Source: Eledone cirrhosa (lineage: Eukaryota). From it: a stretch of 64,000 bases of DNA. Position 1 is the first letter of the stretch. The number at the start of each line of letters is the position of its first letter. The translations under genes and the position numbers were made by a program. The DNA lies in assembly GCA_964016885.1 (NCBI GenBank), contig OZ024754.1:37262001-37326000 (forward strand), given 5' to 3'. This document shows positions 53,115 to 64,000 of this stretch, piece by piece. The notes under the pieces are model-generated. The model made no database searches and had not been told where the DNA came from. It was given only the letters and a program-made list of their open reading frames with translations.

Positions 53115-53338
53115 TCATTTATCTTGCTTTATGTTCATATGAGTTATCACCAAGTCACAACCAGTGACCTCAAGAGACAACACGGTCCGCCATGTTCAAG
53201 AAAAAAACACATACACACACAGATGTATCTTTAGGTGTTTAGACTTGTGATGTATTTATATCGACAGAATCTTCCTTAGTATATGGGCAGTTCCTATTAG
53301 TACTATCTTTTGTATTTCTTCTATACGCGGGTTTCCTT
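53115..53338 (-). mobile_element. R4/Dong-like RLE LINE 3' end inserted in (TAA)n
   Basis: GNPRIEEIQKIVLIGTAHILRKILSI*; TAA repeats on both sides. Confidence 0.8.
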
Positions 53339-54774
53339 TATTATTATTATTAATATTATTATTATCATTATTATTAAGGCTCTGCATGTTATAGTGTAAA
53401 AACCCACCACGATAAGCAGAACTTTGTAATAGCATCGGTTGCTTCAACTGTAACTAAAGTAAGTCACCATTATATACATATATAAATTATTTTCAAATAA
53501 CCATTGGACACTAACTGATCACATCAACTCATTATGGTCAAGGCTAAGTTCACTAAAAGTGAACAAATGTGAAATATTTTCTGAAAATGTAATTAATGAA
53601 TAAGAAAACTAATTTCGGAAGACACCATATTGAATTCATTTTAAATACTGAGCTATTCATTAAAGTGAATACAAAATGTAAATATTTAGAAGGAATTAAC
53701 TTACCTTTAATGAAACGTTCACTGAAGCATTTGGATAGCTTTCATATTAGCTCTAAAGCATAATGGAAACGTATGTAGCTTGGAATCGGAAATTGTATTA
53801 ATTCTGTAAAATGCTTTCTGTTAAAAAAAAAAAATATATATATATATAATAAACGTTACCAGATTTTATTGTAATGATTAAATCACTGAAAATTCTATTA
53901 TTTTCATTGACTTAAATTTAAAACTTACACCTTAAATTCGAATCGCGATTGACCTAGTTTACTTCCATCATATATATTGGTTAATTCCACTAATGGATTC
54001 CTACGGCATACAACTTTTTCTTTCTCTAATGGTCAACGCCTTAATCGGTTTCTGCTTTCGATAAATAATGTAATTGTTATCGGAGAAATAAAACTGCTTA
54101 ATTGTGACACCGTTTCAATGATTCTTGTTCAGAAATCGATAAATATAGACTTTATGCCATATAATTGTGACACTGTTTCAACGATTCTGTTTAGAAATCG
54201 ATATATATATAGACTTTATGCCATATCATTTCAAACAATTCTTCTTAGATTAATGTAATGAAAAATCTTATCTGATAATAGTTTTTAATCAAATTAACGT
54301 TTATTTGTAAATCTTCCTTTCTTTGTGTGTTTGTTTATAACACTTCACATTTAAATTACAGCAGATTTAGCTTTCTATGCGAATTGGTTTAATTAAAACC
54401 TCAGTTAACCTTTAAATGGGTAACTATATATACACACCACACATAAATACACATAAACACACACACACGTACAAATATACTCAGTTAAAAGTAAATGCAA
54501 GAATGGAGAATTGTATTCAAAAACAAAAAAAATACATGAAAGAAACTGGTTTTAAGAGAACAAAATAATTATCACTATTTGAATAGAATTCTTTAATCAG
54601 CGAAAACCAGAAACAATATATGTGAAAAATCAACCCTACTTGAACTAAATATAGAAATATTGGTGGGTTCTAATTAAAGAAAAGAGAACTTTTGATACAC
54701 CTCTGTGCATTCCTGCATTTATTTTCTTCCTATAATTTCTTACTTGTATCGCATTATATATATATATATATAGT

Positions 54775-54813
<39 letters not shown>

Positions 54814-55190
54814 TTCAGTTCTGGGTACGCACACACACCACACACATATATATATATTTCTTTATTAGCCACAGGGGCACAAAAGAAGGGGACAAATACA
54901 AAGGGGGAAGTTTACATACAATAAAAACGTGTAAAATGTTATCACAGATGGAATTTAAAAAGTTAGTCGATTTTCCCCAATAGAGGGAGACAGTTTATAT
55001 GGGTAACACATACCCCCGAAAAAAAATGTGCAGCCCTCATCTCCAGGAGTACGAAGAGTTTGTACTCCCTTCCTCTCCTCCTCCTTTTCCTCAACCTAAC
55101 ACATATATATATATATAGAGAGAGATATATAAAGGATAAAGATTTACAAGAATTTAAATGAAATCATTTGATTGATGTACGACCGTTTTG

Positions 55191-55221
<31 letters not shown>

Positions 55222-55241
55222 TGTGTGTGTGTGTGTTTGTG

Positions 55242-55272
<31 letters not shown>

Positions 55273-55619
55273 TTATACACAGAGGATTCCTAATAAAGTT
55301 GAAATCTTCCACCATAATGTTTTATAAGAACCATACGTTAAGTTACTTTCTTAGTAATGTAGTAACTAATAATTTTAGTATAGCTCTCAAAATGTATCAT
55401 TAATCAATGAAAAGTGCAATTAATTAATTGAATACGATGAGGAAGGGGTTAGCACTTATATGTGAAAAATTTGGCATAATTTGTTTAAAGAACAAAAGAA
55501 AAACATTCGTTACAATTCAATTTTTGTGGCAGAGTTCCATGGGGAGATCTATTTTGGCAGGAGGGTATGTCTATGATTTATTTAAATGCCATGCAAACAT
55601 AGAAAGGTGGACGTATGGA

Positions 55620-56166
55620 CGATGATAATGGTGGTGATGGTGATGGTGATGACGATGGCGATGATGATGGTGGTGGTGATGTTGATGGTGATGTTGATGA
55701 CGAGGATGATGATGGTGGTGGTGGTGGTGATGGTGATGTTGATGACGAGGATGATGGTGGTGGTGGTGGTGGTGGTGATGTTGATGACGAGGATGATGGT
55801 GGTGGTGGTGGTGGTGGTGGTGATGGTGATGTTGATGACGAGGATGATGGTGGTGGTGGTGGTGGTGGTGGTGGTGATGTTGATGACGATGACGATGATG
55901 ATGATGATGGTGGTGGTGATGGTGCTGTTGATGACGAGTATGATGATGGTGGTGGTGGTGGTGATGTTGATGACGATGATGATGATGATCGTGGTGGTGG
56001 TGGTGATGTTGATGACGAGGATGATGATGGTGGTGGTGGTGGTGATGGTGATGTTGATGACGAGGGTGGTGATGGTGGTGGTGGTGGTGATGGTGATGTT
56101 GATGACGAGGATGATGATGATGGTGATGGGTGATGATGATGATGATGATGATGGTGGTGGTGATGA
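55620..56166. repeat. (GAT/GGT)n trinucleotide satellite with recurring gttgatgacgaggat unit
   Basis: Direct reading. Confidence 0.95.
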
Positions 56167-56301
56167 TATTGCTATTGTAAGCAAAGCTTTGCCATACAAA
56201 CCGAAAGTTTGCACGGCACACACATATATGTCACTTTACTTTCACTTTCACTTTCCAACTGGGTTTAAAAATACAATTGGGGAACTTGTATCAAATTTAC
56301 A

Positions 56302-57086
56302 GAGGAGCCAAATATTGAAGGGATATTCAGTGAAGGGATATAGACCTTTTAGGATTGTGAAGCTAGCTCTATGAGGAGCCAAATATTGAAGGGATATTTA
56401 GTGAAGGGATATTAACCTTTTAGGAATGTGAGGGCTAGCTCTATGAGGAGCCAAATATTGAAGGGATATTTAGTGAAGGGATATAGACCTTTTAGGAATG
56501 TGAAGCTAGCTCTATGAGGAGCCAAATATTGAAGGGATATTTAGTGAAGGGATATTAACCTTTTAGGAATGTGAGGGCTAGCTCTGTGAGGAACCAAATA
56601 TTGAAGGGATATTTAGTGAAGGGATATTAACCTTTTAGGAATGTGAGGGCTAGCTCTGTGAGGAGCCAAATATTGAAGGGATATTTAGTGAAGGGATATT
56701 AACCTTTTAGGAATGTGAGGGCTAGCTCTGTGAGGAGCCAAATATTGAAGGGATATTTAGTGAAGGGATATTAACCTTTTAGGAATGTGAGGGCTAGCTC
56801 TGTGAGGAACCAAATATTGAAGGGATATTTAGTGAAGGGATATTAACCTTTTAGGAATGTGAGGGCTAGCTCTGTGAGGAACCAAATATTGAAGGGATAT
56901 TTAGTGAAGGCATATTAACCTTTTAGGATTGTGAGGGCTAGCGCTGTGAGGAACCAAATATTGAAGGGATATTTAGTGAAGGCATATTAACCTTTTAGGA
57001 ATGTGAAGCTAGCTCTGTGAGGAACCAAATATTGAAGGGATATTTAGTGAAGGCATATTAACCTTTTAGGATTGCGAAGCTAGTTC
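56302..57086. repeat. 71/72-bp minisatellite, 11 copies
   Basis: gagga.ccaaatattgaaggg at 56302, 56373, 56445 and onward. Confidence 0.95.
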
Positions 57087-57295
57087 TTTGACTATTCAGC
57101 CATGATGCATCCACTGTTGGAATATGGAAGCAAGTTAATATGGTAATAATACACCTCTCTACCCAGTAGACCAGTAAGTAGATAACAAATATCTTTATAT
57201 TCTATAATAATGATCACACTGTACTTCTAGAAGTTAGTGGAGGAATCTCAGGCAGTCTTAGATTTAATTAATGATTCTTATCTCTCCAATGAACC

Positions 57296-57775
57296 ACACA
57301 CACACACACATTTATATGTATATATATATATATATACATAAATATATATATATATATATTTATATGTGTATATATATATATATACATAAATATATATATA
57401 TATATATTTATATGTATATATATATATATATACATAAATATATATATATATATACATATATATATACATAAATATATATATTTATATGTATATATATATA
57501 CATAAATATATATATATATATATACATAAATATATATATACATAAATATATATATATATACATATATATATAAATACATATATATAAATACATATATATA
57601 AATACATATATATATAAATACATATATATATATATATAAATACATATATATATATATAAATACATATATATATATATAAATACATATATATATATAAATA
57701 CATATATATATATATAAATACATATATATATATATAAATACATATATATATATATAAATACATATATATATATGA

Positions 57776-57807
<32 letters not shown>

Positions 57808-57808
57808 C
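57296..57808. repeat. TA-rich tract with taaatacata periodicity
   Basis: Direct reading. Confidence 0.95.
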
Positions 57809-58350
57809 GGGGGAAGATTCACTATATACCCATACAAGATAATGATGATAAAGGTGGTTGAACTGAGCAGATGATGATGATAAGAGATATCAAGAAAGAT
57901 CTTCTGCTGATTGGAAGAAAAATAAGGTTGTTTTTCGTGGTGAGTGGTGACTGGTGTGGTGTATGGTAGATGGAGAGGAGACGTGGTGTGGATAGATGTG
58001 TAAGGGAGAAGTGAAATAAAGAGATGGAGAGGAGAAGGTTTACGGTGTTGGAAGGGTCAATACAAGGGAAATAAATGAAGGATAACTGCCAAGAAATTTC
58101 AGTAAGTCAGAAGGCTGCAATAGTTGTTTATCTATGAAATATATTTCATACATGGTGGCTGCCAACTCGTTTTCAAGTATGGCCACTACTTTATATCCAT
58201 GTAGGAGAAACCCCTACCGATGCGCTGAACGAGTGTGACTTTTTAGTGCAGCCAGCAACTTGAAAACTCTGGTACAAACACTACACTTGTGACAATTATT
58301 GACACATACTGCTGGGCCCATGGTACCATGTGATGACAAGTGCATATATA

Positions 58351-58560
58351 TATCATCATCATCATCATCATTCATCATTCATCATTTCACTTTACGTCTG
58401 CTTTTTCCCTGCTTGCAAGGGTGGGACGGGAACTGATTCTGGCTTGATTTCTACAGCTGGATGCCCTTCCTAACACCAACCTCATTTACAGTGAGTGCTG
58501 GGTGCTTTTTTTGCCGTGGCACCTGCACGACTACTTTACAGTGGAATGATAGGGACCCCA
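58351..58560 (-). mobile_element. 3' half of a SINE, inverted relative to the 58640 copy
   Basis: Reverse complement of 58770-58968; (CAT)n tail. Confidence 0.85.
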
Positions 58561-58639
58561 GTCATCACCCGGTCTATATATATATATATATATATACACA
58601 TATATATATGTATATACGTATATATGTATATATATATAT

Positions 58640-58968
58640 GGAGGCACATGGCTTAGTGGTTAGAGCATTGGCCTTGCAATTCTCAGACCGGGTGATGTGT
58701 TGTTTCCTTGAGCAAGACACTTTATTTCACATTGCTCCAGTTTACTCAGCTGTAGAAATGAGATGATAGGGACTGGAGTCCCTATCATTCCACTGCAAAA
58801 CTGGTCATGCAGGTGCCACGGCAAAAAAGGCACCCAGCACTCACTGTAAATGAGGTTGGTGTTAGGAAGGGCATCCAGCTGTAGAAATCAAGCCAGAATC
58901 ACTTCCCGTCCCACCCTTGCAAGCAGGGAAAAGTGGACATAAAATGAAATGATGAATGATGATGATGA
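58640..58968 (+). mobile_element. Apparently full-length tRNA/CORE SINE with ggaagggcatccagc body and (ATG)n tail
   Basis: A box ggcttagtggttagagc, CORE ccttgagcaagacactttatttcac, tail gatgatgatga. Confidence 0.85.
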
Positions 58969-59524
58969 TATATATATATATATATACATATACATGTAAG
59001 TATTCATATATATGTATATACGTATATATATATATGTACACAAATATACACACATATATAAATATAAATCACACTATGCTATATAACACAACACATTTCA
59101 GTATATGTCAATAAATTGCTAATGCATGTTACTACATGTAATTGATATAGAAAATGAACATCATAGAATGAGTAAAGAAGGAACTATATGTAACTACACT
59201 ATTGTAAATTGAAATATGTATATATATATATACATATATGGCCTCAGCCGGATGGCTGAAACAGGTAAAAGAGTAAAAGAGTATACACACACACACATAT
59301 ATATAAATATACATATATATATATACACATATACACATATATATATACATGTATACACACACACACATATATATATGTATATATATATATACACACATAT
59401 ATATATACACACATATATATACATGTATATACACACATATATATATATATATATACAGATATACATACAAACATATATATATCATCATCATCGTTTAATG
59501 TCCATCTTCCATGCTAGCATGGGT

Positions 59525-60088
59525 TATATATATATAACATATATAATATATATATATAATATATATATATAATATATACATATATAATATATACACATAT
59601 AATATATACATATATAATATATTATATATACATATATAATATATTATATATATATAACATATATATATATATATAACATATATAATATATATATATATAA
59701 CATATATAATATATAATAATGAAATATTGTGTAATAATGAAATATTGTGTATATTTTATATATATATATATATATAATATATTATATAATATATAATATA
59801 TATATATATAATTTATATAATATATACATATATAATATATATATATGTATAATATATACATATGTATAATATATATATATATATACATATATAATATATA
59901 TATACATATATAATATATATATATATACATATATATATACATATATAATATATATACATATATATATACATATATACATATATATACATATATATATACA
60001 TATATACATATATATACATATATATATACATATATATATATATAATATATATATATATATATAATATATATATATATATAATATATAC
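59525..60088. repeat. TA-rich tract
   Basis: Direct reading. Confidence 0.95.
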
Positions 60089-60441
60089 ATTCCCCCCCCC
60101 CCCTCCAAAAAAAAATCAATATAACAATCACTAGAGATTAGGCAAGAGTACATTATTGATTATTAGATAAAAAAAACAAAAACAACAACAACAACAAAAA
60201 AAAAACCCCTCCGTTCTTCTCACATGCTGATTGCATTTGTTCACATCTGACTAACTCTTACTTATAGCATCACTACATACTAGCGTTCTCCTTTCAAACA
60301 ACACTTTTCTTATAGAACATAAATCTATAGAATAGACGCAATCAAGGCAAACATTGTATCCTTCTCTTCAGCTTCTAAAATGTTCACATAGTTTCGACAC
60401 ACTTTTGTTTTTTCTTTCACTTCCTACAATGCTACTGTGAA

Positions 60442-60670
60442 TGCATATGGCTTAGTGGTTATGTTGTTTGACTTGCGATCGTAAGTTTGATTTTAATTCA
60501 CGGTGTCATACTGTGTCAAACTGTGTCCTTGAGAGAGACACATTATTTCACCTTGCCGAGGTTGACTTTGCCTTTCATCCTTACGGGGTCGATAAAATAA
60601 AGTACCAGTAATGCACTGGGTAATTGCTGGCCTTGTGCCTAAAGTAGAAACAATTATTTCACCTTGCTTC
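60442..60670 (+). mobile_element. CORE SINE head with a nested truncated major SINE (about 60555-60655)
   Basis: TSD attatttcaccttgc on both sides of the nested copy. Confidence 0.8.
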
Positions 60671-60699
60671 AGTCTATTCCGCTGGCAAAAATTATTTGT

Positions 60700-60868
60700 A
60701 ACTATCCCAGTAGAAAGAAGACGCAGTAGAGGAAGACCACGAAAAACATGGGCGGAGGTGGTGAGAGCAGACCTCAGATCGCTGAAGGTCACGGAGGAGA
60801 TGACGAAGGACGTGACAAGTGGAGAGATATTCTGTGCTGAATAGGACCCATCCCACACTTTCAAGCAA
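60700..60868 (+). mobile_element. RTE LINE extreme 3' end
   Basis: PVERRRSRGRPRKTWAEVVRADLRSLKVTEEMTKD; (ATG)n tail nearby. Confidence 0.8.
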
Positions 60869-60926
60869 AGAAAAAAAGAAAAGCAGACATAAATTGATGA
60901 TAATGATGATGATGATGAAAATAGTC

Positions 60927-61146
60927 ATTTCTGATTTAGACACAAGGCCAACCATTTTTTGGGGGGGAAGGGGAAAGTCAATTAAATCGACACCAGTGAG
61001 TTACTGGTACTTTATTTTATCAACCCCGTAAGGATGAAAGGCAAAGCTAATCCAGGTGGCATTTGAACTCAGAACGTAAAGGGCCATAGCTCCATGCTGC
61101 AAAGTATGGTGTCTGATGCTCTACCGATACTGCCAATCCACTGCCC
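60927..61146 (-). mobile_element. Major SINE copy
   Basis: Consensus match. Confidence 0.88.
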
Positions 61147-61364
61147 TAACTATGATAAAATAATAAAATCAATCAACCAATCAATAGATAAATGAAGATC
61201 AGTGATCTTTAATTGATCTTTCAATTGAAGATCAATTAAAAGAATCATTATTTATTTGACTGATTCTTAATTAAGGTAGTTCTTTATTGTGATAAGCAGT
61301 GAAGAGAATGAGGTCAATAAGGAAGGTTTAAGGAAAGAAACTCAGACTAAGCATCATCATCATC

Positions 61365-61960
61365 ATATATATGTACATAACTCACACTCTCATACATATA
61401 TATGAACAATGGACACACACACACACACACATACATATATATACATATATATATATATAAATAATAGATACTCTTACACATACGCACATACATATATAAT
61501 AGATACACTCACACATACATACATATATGAACAATAGACACACACACACATACATATATAATAATAGATACACTCTCACACACATACACATACATATATG
61601 AACAATAGACACATACACACATACATAGATACACTCTCACACACACACACATACATATATATGAACAATGGACACACACACACAAACATACACATACATA
61701 TATATGAATAATAGATACACTCTCACACATACATATATAATAATAGATACACTCACACATACACATACATATATGAACAATAGACACACACATACATATA
61801 TATGAACAATGGACACACACAGACTCACACATATGAACAATGGACACACACACACACACACATACATATATATGAACACAGACACACACACACATACATA
61901 TACACATATATATGAACAATGGACACACTCACACACACACACACATACATATATATGTGC
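61365..61960. repeat. CA/TA microsatellite with recurring gaacaat(a/g)gacac spacer
   Basis: Direct reading. Confidence 0.9.
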
Positions 61961-62145
61961 AATGGACCTCCGTACAATTTCCCTCTAACCAATTTCTCTC
62001 ATAAAACTTGGGTTAACCCGAGCCTATGGCAAATGGCACTCGCCCAAGATGCCAAACAGTGGCATATAACTCTGGACTATATGATTATGAAGTTAACTCC
62101 TTAATCATTTGGTCATGTTGCATCTGTCATATGCAGTATACAGCC

Positions 62146-62320
62146 ATCATCATCATCATCATCGTTTAATGTCCATCTTCCACGCTAGCATGGGTTTGAC
62201 GGTTTTGTTCCATTCGATGTAGGAATGGTCAGGAGCGTCTCTGGCAGGTTTTTTTTTTTACAGCTGGTTGCCCTTCCTAAGACCAACCACATTTACAGTG
62301 TGGACTGGGAGCCTTTTCAT
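62146..62320 (-). mobile_element. SINE 3' portion related to the 58640 family
   Basis: (CAT)n-cgtttaatgtccatcttcc...tacagctggttgcccttcctaagaccaacc. Confidence 0.75.
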
Positions 62321-64000
62321 CGTGTCTCCTACACGGCCACCTTACAGTATGGACTGGGAGCCTTTTTACCGTGTCTCCTACACAACCACCTTACAGTGTG
62401 GACTGGGAGCCTTTTCACCGTGTCTCCTACACAACCATCTTTCAGTGTGGACTGGGAGCCTTTTTACTATGTCTCCTACACAACCACCTTACAGTGTGGA
62501 CTGGGAGCCTTTTCACTGTGTCTCCTACACAACCATCTTACAGTGTAGACTGGGAGCCTTTTTACTATGTCTCCTACACAGCCACCTTACAGTGTGGACT
62601 GGGAACCTTTTCACTGTGTCTCCTACACGGCCACATTACAGTGTGGACTGGGAGCCTTTTCACTGTCTCCTACACGACCACCTTACAGTGTGGACTGGGA
62701 GCCTTTTCACTGTGTCTCCTACACGACCACCTTACAGTGTGGACTGGGAGCCTTTTTACCATGTCTCCTACACAACCACCTTACAGTGTGGACTGGGAAC
62801 CTTTTCACTGTGTCTCCTACACGACCACCTTACAGTGTGGACTGGGAGCCTTTTTACCATGTCTCCTACACAACCACCTTACAGTGTGGACTGGGAGCCT
62901 TTTCACTGTGTCTCCTACACGGCCACATTACAGTGTGGACTGGGAACCTTTTCACTGTGTCTCCTACACGACCACCTTACAGTGTGGACTGGGAGCCTTT
63001 TTACCATGTCTCCTACACAACCACCTTACAGTGTGGACTGGGAGCCTTTTCACTGTGTCTCCTACACGGCCACATTACAGTGTGGACTGGGAACCTTTTC
63101 ACTGTGTCTCCTACACGGCCACCTTACAGTGTGGACTGGGAGCCTTTTTACCATGTCTCCTACACAACCACCTTACAGTGTGGACTGGGAGCCTTTTCAC
63201 TGTGTCTCCTACACGGCCACATTACAGTGTGGACTGGAAGCCTTTTCACTGTGTCTCCTACACGGCCACCTTACAGTGTGGACTGGGAGCCTTTTCACTG
63301 TGTTTCCTACACGGCCACCTTACAGTGTGGACTGGAAGCCTTTTCACTGTGTCTCCTACACAACCACCTTACAGTGTGGACTGGAAGCCTTTTCACTGTG
63401 TCTCCTACACGGCCACATTACAGTGTGGACTGGGAACCTTTTCACTGTGTCTCCTACACGACCACCTTACAGTGTGGACTGGGAGCCTTTTTACCATGTC
63501 TCCTACACAACCACCTGACAGTGTGGACTGGGAACCTTTTCACTGTGTCTCCTACACAACCACCTTACAGTGTGGACTGGGAACCTTTTCACTGTGTCTC
63601 CTACACAGCCACCTTACAGTGTGGACTGGGAGCCTTTTTACCATGTCTCCTACACAACCACCTTACAGTGTGGACTGGGAACCTTTTCACCGTGTCTCCT
63701 ACACGGCCACCTTACAGTGTGGACTGGGAACCTTTTCACTGTGTCTCCTACACAACCACCTTACAGTGTGGACTGGGAGCCTTTTTACCATGTCTCCTAC
63801 ACAACCACCTTACAGTGTGGACTGGGAGCCTTTTCACTGTGTCTCCTACACAGCCACCTTACAGTGTGGACTGGAGCCTTTTCACTGTGTTTCCTACATG
63901 GCCACCTTACAGTGTGGACTGGGAGCCTTTTCACTGTGTCTCCTACACGGCCACCTTACAGTGTGGACTGGGAGCCTTTTCATTGTGTTTCCTACATGAC
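62286..64000. repeat. 49-bp SINE-derived satellite, ~35 copies, runs off the window
   Basis: ccaccttacagtgtggactgggagccttttcactgtgtctcctacac(ga/aa/gg). Confidence 0.95.

Noticed and set aside
54099-54225. 63-bp direct duplication (also a 30-bp duplication at about 18088-18148)
   Set aside because: Simple two-copy local duplications with no further structure.
55571-56374. His-rich, Asp/Gly-rich and Met/Val-rich ORFs
   Set aside because: All frames are open because of the GAT/GGT triplet satellite; no splice or homology support.
57850-58130. Possible old CR1/L2-type LINE 3' remnant on minus (similar purine-rich block at 42350-42600)
   Set aside because: Too degenerate to support beyond compositional resemblance.
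62268-63999. 416 and 542 aa ORFs
   Set aside because: Products of a 49-bp unit cycling through three stop-free frames; the seed is a SINE segment.

Overview
AT-rich eukaryotic genomic DNA dominated by microsatellites, SINEs, LINE remnants, MITEs and minisatellites. The repeat content suggests an octopus or other cephalopod (inference), probably intronic or intergenic sequence. No complete protein-coding gene is visible: there is one candidate coding micro-exon at ~16.05 kb, and the long ORFs in the track are repeat artefacts. The main signal is about 8 sequence-distinct families of short elements embedded in (TA)n tracts. They carry minimal type I hammerhead ribozyme motifs (CUGANGA-stem II-GAAA-stem III-NUH-stem I, paired by eye), and many fold back into palindromes whose turning point lies in the ribozyme's own helices. 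This resembles Penelope-like pseudo-LTR or retrozyme remnants. One circularly permuted hammerhead-like hairpin is also present. A second theme is conversion of internal transposon segments into homogeneous tandem arrays (42, 123, 49 and ~101 bp units). Coordinates were counted by hand and element boundaries are approximate.
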